Assembly (NCBI GenBank): GCA_963663165.1
Contig: OY760175.1
Coordinates: forward strand, 6,560,001 to 6,624,000
Source: an uncultured Desulfospira sp.
GTDB lineage: Bacteria; Desulfobacterota; Desulfobacteria; Desulfobacterales; Desulfobacteraceae
Length of the DNA: 64,000 nt
Reading direction: 5' to 3'
How positions within the stretch are numbered: the first letter of the stretch is position 1; every line of letters begins with the position of its first letter. Positions 10,738-18,548 of the stretch are shown here, piece after piece. Position numbers and translations under genes: made by a program. The notes under the pieces were generated by a model. It did not search any database. It saw only the letters and a list, made by a program, of their open reading frames with translations, and was not told the origin of the DNA.

Positions 10738-11910
10738 ATGCGTTGGTTTCCACAGGGTCACTTTATGAAAACAATTGTTTTCTTCCTGGGGATCTGCATC
10801 TTTTTTTCACAAAATCCGGTTTCCGGTTCTGCCCATGCTGTGGCGGCAGCCACCAAAGTCAAGCACAAGCCGGTTAAATACTTTGTTCCTGAAAAGCGGA
10901 TAACGCTCACCGCCTATATCAAGGATAAGAAAGGCGTTGAACTGGTCAGGTGTTACTTCAGGGCCAAAGGGGAGGCCAATTTTGTTTTTGTCCCCATGGC
11001 GCAAACCAAAGCCTTCACATACAGTGCCGTTCTTCCGGCGCCAGGCGGGGCCACCCAGGCCATTGAATATGTATTCCTGGCCGTCAATAAAGAGCAGCAG
11101 ATTGTCAAAACCCAGACCTTTGCCATTCCTGAACGGGCGGGGGCGGATACCCCTGACTGGCAGCAGGCCGGCTCTGAGGGCTCTATTGCCGTTAAAACAG
11201 AACTGGATCAGCCGCCAAAGCAGCTGGCGGGTTTTTCCGATTCCATTGTCATTGACCAGGTAGAATCTTCCATGCGGTTTGGTATGGTGGCCGGCGGATT
11301 ATATGCCGTAACGTCTTCGGCCGCCGCTGGAATGGCGGCCGCAGCAGCCGGAACCATAACGGCCACGGCCGGTATTTCCACGGCCGTCATTGTCGGTGTC
11401 GGGGTGGCGGCTGCCGGGGGCGTCGGGGTTGCTGTGAGCAGCAGCGGCGGGGGTGGCAGCGGCAGCAGCGATGCGGGCACCAGTGACACCGGTACCAGCG
11501 ACACCGGCACCAGCGACACCGGCACCAGCGATACCGGCACCAGCGACACCGGCACCAGCGAGGCGGGCAGTTCGGCTACCGGCCCCAATTTAGAGTATGA
11601 AAACAGTGTCCTCACCAACACCGGTGATGAGGGCATTGAGATTGAAACCATTATCGTGACATATGCCGGGTACGGCTATCTTTACCAATTGTTTGACAGT
11701 ACCAGTTATACAGATGATAACGGTATCTTATATACCTGGTCTGTGTCCGGCGATGACCTGGTCTGCACCATGACGGTGAATCAAACCCTGTCACCGGGAG
11801 AATATTATAATTTATACAGTTTGCAAACCCGGGTCCAAGAGTATGCCGGAGCCCTGGCCCCAACCCCGGAAGTGGTCGTGAATACAAGCAGCGGAACCTA
11901 TACATTCTAA
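10738..11910 (+). CDS. Secreted protein B, paralog of 9541-10614 with SDTGT repeat linker
   Basis: GGAGG RBS; shares HKPVKYFVPEKR...IDQVESSMRFGMVAGGLYAVTSSAAAG with protein A. Confidence 0.8.
   Translation: MRWFPQGHFMKTIVFFLGICIFFSQNPVSGSAHAVAAATKVKHKPVKYFVPEKRITLTAYIKDKKGVELVRCYFRAKGEANFVFVPMAQTKAFTYSAVLPAPGGATQAIEYVFLAVNKEQQIVKTQTFAIPERAGADTPDWQQAGSEGSIAVKTELDQPPKQLAGFSDSIVIDQVESSMRFGMVAGGLYAVTSSAAAGMAAAAAGTITATAGISTAVIVGVGVAAAGGVGVAVSSSGGGGSGSSDAGTSDTGTSDTGTSDTGTSDTGTSDTGTSEAGSSATGPNLEYENSVLTNTGDEGIEIETIIVTYAGYGYLYQLFDSTSYTDDNGILYTWSVSGDDLVCTMTVNQTLSPGEYYNLYSLQTRVQEYAGALAPTPEVVVNTSSGTYTF
11467..11571 (+). repeat. 15-bp in-frame tandem repeat (AGCGACACCGGCACC) encoding SDTGT x5 plus 2 degenerate units
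   Basis: Read directly from sequence. Confidence 0.95.
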
Positions 11911-11922
11911 TTTCCATGTAAC

Positions 11923-13329
11923 ATGAGAATCAGCCGAATTTTAAATAAAAAGACCTTTGGATATATGGGGCTTGTTTTGTTCCTTTTTACGGTTCCGGCC
12001 CTGTCCGGCAGCCTGTCCCCATCCGGAAAATTCATCAGCCTGTCCTTGGATGAGGCCATCAAAACAGCGCTTGAACGAAACAGGGGGCTTTGGGTGGCGG
12101 CCAATTCCGTGGAGAACAGCAGCCTGTCTCTTGAAAACGCCTGGTCAGCCTTTGATTTGAAATACACCCCTTCTGTGCTGTCCGGCGTTAGTAATGACAA
12201 TAAAACGTCAGGTGCCGGAATTTCGTTGAAAAAGAAATTAACATATGGCCCGGTGTTCTCCTTAACCCCCTATGTCAGGCATACCGAATACAGTGATACC
12301 TTAAAGGTATCCATGGGACTGACCGTACCGCTTCTGGGGGGATTCGGCGAAGATGTCAACATGGCCTCGGTTTATTCGTCACAGTTTGGGTTAAGGGACT
12401 CAAAGCGCAGCCAGTACCTGTCAAAGGTCAATACAATCCTGGCAACGGTTTCCTATGCCTTTCGCATAGACGAGCAGAAAAAACTGGTGTCCCTTTATCA
12501 GGAAAGAAAGGCCAGTTTAAGTGTGTATACCCTGGGGACCAAGGTTAAGAAAAAAGCAGGACTGGCCACCCCCATGGATGAATTCCGGACCCAGATATTT
12601 TTAAAAGATGTGGAGGATCAGCTATCCCAGTCCCGGAACAACCTGTCCGGCCTGGAAGAGGATTTCAAGAAACTGCTGGCCATTAACCCGGAAGACAGTT
12701 TCAGTGTTACGCCCCCGGATACCTTGCCGTCCATTGATGTGGCCCTGGATAAGGCCATAGCGACGGCTCTTGAGAACCGGGTTGAAATCAAACATGCCCA
12801 GGATTTTTTATCGGAAAAAATAAGGCAGATGGACCTGGCTGAAAAAAATCTGCTGCCGGATCTGAACCTGGTCTTAAGTTATCAGCGGTACGGTTCCTCA
12901 GATGAGTTTGACGAGATGCTGGCCTTAGATGAAGATTATTACAGCATCCAGCTGACCAGTTCTACCGACTGGTCACGGACCTCTGAAAAGATTGCCTACC
13001 GGAAAAGCCAGATTGCGGTGGAGAATGCCAAAACCGACATCACCCTGACCAAAGACACCATTATTGCCGATGTCAAACAGGCATTCCGGGCAAACCAGAA
13101 AAACCTGGAGCGCATGGAAATTCAAAAAGAACAGATCCACCAGGCCATGCAGAAGTTAAAACTGTCCACCATCAAATACCAGTATGAAATGGCGGATAAC
13201 TTTGATGTGATTGAATCTGAAAGGGAAATACAGCAGGCACAGGCCGATCTGCTGAGCGTTAAAACCGCTTATTGCGTAGGGGTTTACCAGCTTCAGGCAG
13301 CCATGGGGACCTTGCTTGAAAGGAAGTAG
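11923..13329 (+). CDS. TolC-family outer membrane efflux protein
   Basis: Signal peptide, LSLDEAIKTALERN, LLPDLNL and helical repeats; adjacent to MFP and ABC genes. Confidence 0.85.
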   Translation: MRISRILNKKTFGYMGLVLFLFTVPALSGSLSPSGKFISLSLDEAIKTALERNRGLWVAANSVENSSLSLENAWSAFDLKYTPSVLSGVSNDNKTSGAGISLKKKLTYGPVFSLTPYVRHTEYSDTLKVSMGLTVPLLGGFGEDVNMASVYSSQFGLRDSKRSQYLSKVNTILATVSYAFRIDEQKKLVSLYQERKASLSVYTLGTKVKKKAGLATPMDEFRTQIFLKDVEDQLSQSRNNLSGLEEDFKKLLAINPEDSFSVTPPDTLPSIDVALDKAIATALENRVEIKHAQDFLSEKIRQMDLAEKNLLPDLNLVLSYQRYGSSDEFDEMLALDEDYYSIQLTSSTDWSRTSEKIAYRKSQIAVENAKTDITLTKDTIIADVKQAFRANQKNLERMEIQKEQIHQAMQKLKLSTIKYQYEMADNFDVIESEREIQQAQADLLSVKTAYCVGVYQLQAAMGTLLERK

Positions 13330-14812
13330 CGTGGGGGTTAAATCAGTACTTTTCAATTTGTTTGTCTATGGGATAACCGTTCTTTTATTCTTAAGTGCCG
13401 GCTGCGGCGACAGCCAAAAGAATTCAAATGGAGATCAGCCCATTGATGTTGCGATAGTTCAACCAAAATCCTTTGATATCCAGGTGGCCACCATCGGGGT
13501 TCTGGATGCGGCCCGGGCCCATATGCTCTCCTCTGATATAAGGGGGGATTATTCAAAAATAATTTTTATTATTGGTGACGGCACCCACGTTAAAAAAGGG
13601 GATCTTCTGGTTAAAATTGACCAGACCCCCTTTGAAGACCGGGTTGAGGAGCTGACGGCAGAAGTAGCGGCCTTGGAATCCGCCTGCAAGGCCAAAGAAC
13701 AGATGCTGGAATGGGAAAAAAACCAGGTTGAAAAGAATTTAAGCAACGCCCGGTATAACCAGACCCTGGCCAATCTCGAATATAAACGGCTCATCGAAGG
13801 GGACGGCCCCCTGCAGGTCAACCAGTATAAAACCGAAGTGGCCCGGGCCAAAGAAGAGTATGATAAATATGTGTCATACCATCATGAGCTGGAACAGCTC
13901 AAAAATGAAGGGTATTCAAACCCCTCTGAACTGTCTACTGCCCTGAAACGAAAAGACGAGTACAAGGAAAAGTACCAAACCGCCCAAAAGGCTCTGGAAA
14001 GTTATCAGGAACATGTCTACCCGTCCCTGAAACAGGCGGCCATGGCCAAGATGAAAAAAACCGAGGCCGACATCCTCCAGGCCGCCAATGACGGGGTGAT
14101 CAATATTGCCAAAGCCACGGCCACCCTTGAAGAGGCCAAAGGCGCCATGAGCAGCCGGCGGGCCGCATTGAAACAGGCCCGAAATGAACTCAAAAAGGTG
14201 GAACTTCGCGCGCCTTTTGACGGGATTGCCATTTTATATGAAACCTTCAGGGACGGTGAGAAAAGAAAGCCAAGGGTAGGGGACCGGATTATCCGGAACC
14301 AGCCCATCCTTTACCTGCCTGACATTTCGTCCATGATTGTAAAGACGGATATCCGGGAGGTTGACCTGCATAAGATCTCTTTAGAGCAAAAGGCCCAGGT
14401 CCAGGTAGACGCTTATCCCGATGCCCGGCTGGAAGGAAAGGTTGGCTTTATCGGCGCACTGGCCGCCGAGGTCAGGGGAAGCGGAACCGGCGGCAAATTT
14501 TTTCAGTGTACGGTGAATATACTTACCCGGGACCTGCGGCTTCGGCCCGGCATGACCAGCCGGGTGACCATTCTTTCCGGCCAGGTCAAAGATGCCCTTT
14601 GCGTGCCGGTCAGTGCGGTGTTTATAGAAGATGGGGGCTGTTTTTGCTACCGGGTTGAACGCGGCGGCTTTGAACGGATCCGGGTGAAAACCGGCCGTCA
14701 GAACCTGGATTATGTTGAGGTTGTTTCCGGCCTTAAGCCGGACGACAGGGTTGCCTTGACCCGGCCCGATCAGTATTCATATGAAAACGTCGTAAAATCA
14801 GAGGGCTCATAA
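13316..14812 (+). CDS. MacA-like periplasmic adaptor (membrane fusion protein), probable lipoprotein
   Basis: VKKGDLLVKID, long coiled coil, LRAPFDG, LRPGMT, GLKPDDRV; lipobox LSAGC; start may be GTG 13331. Confidence 0.88.
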   Translation: MKGSSVGVKSVLFNLFVYGITVLLFLSAGCGDSQKNSNGDQPIDVAIVQPKSFDIQVATIGVLDAARAHMLSSDIRGDYSKIIFIIGDGTHVKKGDLLVKIDQTPFEDRVEELTAEVAALESACKAKEQMLEWEKNQVEKNLSNARYNQTLANLEYKRLIEGDGPLQVNQYKTEVARAKEEYDKYVSYHHELEQLKNEGYSNPSELSTALKRKDEYKEKYQTAQKALESYQEHVYPSLKQAAMAKMKKTEADILQAANDGVINIAKATATLEEAKGAMSSRRAALKQARNELKKVELRAPFDGIAILYETFRDGEKRKPRVGDRIIRNQPILYLPDISSMIVKTDIREVDLHKISLEQKAQVQVDAYPDARLEGKVGFIGALAAEVRGSGTGGKFFQCTVNILTRDLRLRPGMTSRVTILSGQVKDALCVPVSAVFIEDGGCFCYRVERGGFERIRVKTGRQNLDYVEVVSGLKPDDRVALTRPDQYSYENVVKSEGS

Positions 14813-14813
14813 C

Positions 14814-15482
14814 ATGACCCCCCTGGTGGATATCCAAAATTTATCCAAAACCTATGACATCAAGGGCCGGGCCATTCCCGTGTTGAATGGGATTAACCTT
14901 AAGGTCGATCCCGGCGACTTTATGTCCATCATGGGGCCTTCCGGGTCCGGGAAATCCACTCTGCTTCACCTGATCGGCATGCTGGACCGGCCGGATTCCG
15001 GTCAGTATAAGTTCAAAGGGCGATCGGTTCTCAATATTTCCGATAAGCAGTTGTCCTATTACCGGTCAAAGGCCATCGGGTTCGTATTCCAGACCTTTAA
15101 CCTGATTCCGGGCTTAAGCGTTCTGGAGAATGTAAAACTGCCGTTTTTGTATGCGCCGGGCCACACCGGCCATGCCCTGGAACGATCGGTTCAGGCCATT
15201 GAGCAGGTGGGACTCAAAGATCGTATGGACCATAAACCATCGGAGCTGTCCGGGGGAGAAATGCAGCGGGCCGCCATTGCCAGGGCCATTGCCATGGGGC
15301 CTGAAATTATTCTGGCCGATGAGCCCACCGGCAACCTGGACTCGGGCACCGGCAAGGGCATCTTAAAGTTGCTGTCGGGGTTGAATGAGAAAAAAGCGGC
15401 CATAATCATGATCACCCATGATGCCCATGTGGCATCCCATGCCCGGTCCCATATCACCATTAAAGACGGGAAAATCATTTGA
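14814..15482 (+). CDS. ABC transporter ATP-binding protein (MacB/LolD type)
   Basis: [40 protein letters not shown]. Confidence 0.95.
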   Translation: MTPLVDIQNLSKTYDIKGRAIPVLNGINLKVDPGDFMSIMGPSGSGKSTLLHLIGMLDRPDSGQYKFKGRSVLNISDKQLSYYRSKAIGFVFQTFNLIPGLSVLENVKLPFLYAPGHTGHALERSVQAIEQVGLKDRMDHKPSELSGGEMQRAAIARAIAMGPEIILADEPTGNLDSGTGKGILKLLSGLNEKKAAIIMITHDAHVASHARSHITIKDGKII

Positions 15483-16750
15483 AAGCGGTGCAAAAGGCAA
15501 AAGGGCTTGTCACCATATCCTTTCAAAGTCTTCTGGACCACAAGCTGCGGTCCGGATTGAGTACCCTCGGGATCATCTGCGGGGTCATGGCGGTGTTGAC
15601 CATGATTTCCATCGGAGAGGGGGCTAAACACGATCTGCTGCTGCAAATTGAACAGCTGGGAACCAAAAATATTTATCTCAAGCCAAGGGTCCTGAGCGAA
15701 GAACAGCAGAACCAGGCCGGTGCCAACCTGTCTGCCGGCCTGACCCCGGCCGATGCCATCCGGATCCGGAACGGATATGCCAGGATTAAAGACATTGCCC
15801 TGCTCAACGAGGTTAAGGCCACGGTGCTGGATACCCAGTCCAGTGCTGCCCCCCAGGTGATTGCGGTGTCGGACAACTATGGGGAAATCCTGGGCCTTGG
15901 CATGGCCCAGGGACGCTTCATATCGGCTGTGGATGGTGACTTAAAACAGCCGGTCTGCGTTTTAGGGGCCTCCCTGGCGGCCCAGCTGGGAAGCCGGGCA
16001 AACATCGGTTCCCGTATCCGGATTGAAGACCAGCTGTTCAAGGTGGTGGGAAAATTAAAAAATTTTGAGAGAAAGGCCAATGCCGGCAAAAAGGCGGCCA
16101 TATCTGTCCGCAATTATAATGACACCATTATGATCCCCTTTGGATTGGGCGCCCTGGTTTCACCTTCAGAGAAAATCATGGCGCCTTTAGCCCGCCATAC
16201 CCCCCGGGTCTCTGAAATCATTGTCCAGGTCCGGGATTCTGATCTGGTGGTACCGGCCGCAAAGCGCATCCAGAGAATTGTTTGCCTGTCCCATAACGGG
16301 GTGCTGGATTTTCAGGTCATTGTCCCCAGGGAGCTGCTGCGCCAGGCCCGGCAGACTCAGAAAACATTTAACCTGATCCTGGGGGCCATCGCCGGGATTT
16401 CTTTGTTGGTGGGCGGTATCGGCATCATGAACATCATGCTGGCCTCGGTTTATGAACGAACCCGGGAAATCGGCATACGGCGGGCGGTGGGGGCCACCAG
16501 AACGGACATTGTCTGGCATTTTTTAACCGAATCTATCCTGCTGACCTCCGTGGGGGGCGTGGCGGGGGTTTTCATGGGAATCATCACTGCGGCGGCGGTG
16601 TCAAGGCTCGGGCAATGGCAGACCCTGATCACGGCCTGGGCCATCCTTTTGCCGGTGCTGATGGCGGTGCTGGTGGGGGTCTTTTTTGGCATTTACCCGG
16701 CGGTCCAGGCATCCAAAATGGATCCCATCAAGGCACTCAGGCATGAGTGA
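15479..16750 (+). CDS. ABC transporter permease (MacB-PCD/FtsX type)
   Basis: [62 protein letters not shown]. Confidence 0.94.
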   Translation: MKAVQKAKGLVTISFQSLLDHKLRSGLSTLGIICGVMAVLTMISIGEGAKHDLLLQIEQLGTKNIYLKPRVLSEEQQNQAGANLSAGLTPADAIRIRNGYARIKDIALLNEVKATVLDTQSSAAPQVIAVSDNYGEILGLGMAQGRFISAVDGDLKQPVCVLGASLAAQLGSRANIGSRIRIEDQLFKVVGKLKNFERKANAGKKAAISVRNYNDTIMIPFGLGALVSPSEKIMAPLARHTPRVSEIIVQVRDSDLVVPAAKRIQRIVCLSHNGVLDFQVIVPRELLRQARQTQKTFNLILGAIAGISLLVGGIGIMNIMLASVYERTREIGIRRAVGATRTDIVWHFLTESILLTSVGGVAGVFMGIITAAAVSRLGQWQTLITAWAILLPVLMAVLVGVFFGIYPAVQASKMDPIKALRHE

Positions 16751-16759
16751 GGAAACCTG

Positions 16760-17431
16760 CTAGTCGGCTTTTATTTCAGTCGCCTGATTGAGCAGGTTCC
16801 CGAACTCCACTTCAATCTTGCCTGAAGGCAGTGTTTTCATCATTTCCTGAACCAGCCATTCCACCCGGTCCGTGCGGGAGGCCGATGCATGGCTCAGGCT
16901 GTTTAACAGGATGTTAATGGGGTCAACAGCCCATTGGCGGTGGGCCGTCCGCCATTGCTCGCCCTTCCACAACACAATCCCCGTCTCACAATGAATCAGT
17001 TTTAAAGAGCAGGATACCACAATGGCGTCATACCCATCCTGCTGAAGGTGGCCGGATTGGTCTATCTGGCCTAGCAGCACCGCCCGGGCATTTAACATTT
17101 CGCCCAAGCGTTTCAGGCTGATGCCCTGGAGCTGTCCCGGGGTCTGGATGCCCAGCTGCCCCATGGCCTCGCTGACCTTTTCAACGGAAACCCGGCGGTA
17201 TCCCTTTGATTGAAGCCGCTCATAAACCGCATGGTAAAGGGTGCTTTCAAGGCCCAGTTCCAGGGAAAAATTGTCCATGGGCAACACGGCAATGACATCC
17301 GGGCGGTATTGTTCAAATTGAGGGTGAACTTCCCAGAACTCCTGATCCTGTTTTTCCGCTGCCTTCCCCTGATCTGGGCCTGCCAGAAAAAACACCGTGA
17401 CAGCCAAGAGGATGGGAATGATGTTTTTCAT
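16760..17431 (-). CDS. DUF799/GNA1162-like exported protein (TolB-N/CsgG-like fold)
   Basis: Signal peptide without a lipobox Cys; IAVLPMDN, LQSKGY, LGEMLNARAVLLG and LIHCETGIVLW pattern. Confidence 0.65.
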   Translation of the reverse strand: MKNIIPILLAVTVFFLAGPDQGKAAEKQDQEFWEVHPQFEQYRPDVIAVLPMDNFSLELGLESTLYHAVYERLQSKGYRRVSVEKVSEAMGQLGIQTPGQLQGISLKRLGEMLNARAVLLGQIDQSGHLQQDGYDAIVVSCSLKLIHCETGIVLWKGEQWRTAHRQWAVDPINILLNSLSHASASRTDRVEWLVQEMMKTLPSGKIEVEFGNLLNQATEIKAD

Positions 17432-17449
17432 AATTTTTTCTTTTTTTTT

Positions 17450-17723
17450 TATAAGAAAGTCTCACTAAGGTCCTGAGAAGACTTTCAATATTTGTTGTGG
17501 GCGGTGCTTGGTTGGATAACCAAGACGGCCCGTGGCCGTTTATATGAAAGTCTCACTAACAAGCTGAAAAGACTTTCATTTTTCGTTGTGGGCGGTGCTT
17601 GGTTGGATAACCAAGGCGGCCCGTGGCCGTTATAAGAAAGTCTCCCTAACGTCCTGAGAAGACTTTCATTTTTTGTTGTGGACGGGTTCTTGGCTGGATA
17701 ATCCAAGACGGCCCGTGGCCGTT
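17450..17723. repeat. Tandem array of three ~90-bp double-hairpin units
   Basis: Units start ~17450, 17541, 17631; each has gaaagtct..agactttc and cttggtt-ggat-aaccaag (variant in unit 3) hairpins. Confidence 0.95.
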
Positions 17724-18417
17724 ATTGGGCTCGACTGTATGAAGAAATCAGTTCAAACAGGGCCTTCTCAATGGCCGCATCCAGGGCATCATCACCGGCA
17801 CTGCTGTCCCAAGACCCCACCTGTCTGGCTGAATAGGTCTGGCGGATGGTGTGTTCGCCTCTGCCTGCGGCCACATACTCCCCGGTCCCGGCGTTTTGCA
17901 GGAGCAGGTCCACCCGGACCGAGGTATCAATGGTTTTTCCCTTTGATACGGCACTGGCCTGGGCATGGGTGGAAACGTTAAACCGGGTGATGGTCCCGGA
18001 GATAAAATGGTCGCACAAAAGGATTCTCTGGGCTTTGGCCATGTTATCCGGGGATTTGACAATATCGGCATGGCTTAAGGTTTCCCAGTCAAACAACCGC
18101 TTCATTTTTTCCCACTCCACCACCCGGAAATACTGGGTCCGCAGCAGCTGGGCCGATAACAGCTGGGCCGATGTATCCCATAACCGGTCAGCCGAATAGG
18201 TGCTCTTGTTCTCAAATCCGGCCACGGCGATGAGATTTTTCTTTTCCGGCGGGGCCGGGGCCTTACCCCAGTCCACCATGGGGTCCTGATCAATCACCGG
18301 CGCCGCCTGCTGTGCCGGGCCGGCCTGCTCAGACGCCACACATCCGGACATGATCAGCATGAATACCAGGCCCAGAATGATGTAACGCACTGAAGGGGTA
18401 GAGTCGGTATGCTTCAT
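17722..18417 (-). CDS. CsgG/HfaB-family lipoprotein
   Basis: Lipobox IMSGC; IAVAGFENK, LLRTQYFRVVE, FISGTITRF and VRVDLLL..TGE pattern. Confidence 0.75.
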   Translation of the reverse strand: MKHTDSTPSVRYIILGLVFMLIMSGCVASEQAGPAQQAAPVIDQDPMVDWGKAPAPPEKKNLIAVAGFENKSTYSADRLWDTSAQLLSAQLLRTQYFRVVEWEKMKRLFDWETLSHADIVKSPDNMAKAQRILLCDHFISGTITRFNVSTHAQASAVSKGKTIDTSVRVDLLLQNAGTGEYVAAGRGEHTIRQTYSARQVGSWDSSAGDDALDAAIEKALFELISSYSRAQ

Positions 18418-18487
18418 TTGAAATCCTTTATCAATATGGGTTCAACGTTTAAAAAATATGGATACAAGACGTTAACAACCGATCAAG

Positions 18488-18547
18488 CCCTAAGCCCCAT
18501 ATCCCAAGTCCCAAGTCCCAAGTCCCAAATCCCAAATCCCAAATCCC
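18488..18547 (-). repeat. Heptamer array (TTGGGAY) directly after the caspase stop codon; G-quadruplex-type pattern
   Basis: + strand reads tcccaag x3 then tcccaaa x3, plus degenerate units. Confidence 0.92.
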
Positions 18548-18548
18548 G

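Noticed and set aside
17450..17723. CRISPR array or integron attC array
   Set aside because: Units are similar over their whole length with no unique spacers and no cas genes. TAAC...GTTA ends exist but the interior is not one attC-like palindrome, and no integrase is present.
17722..18417. Curli biogenesis locus
   Set aside because: Only a CsgG-like fold is present; no curlin-repeat, CsgE or CsgF genes seen
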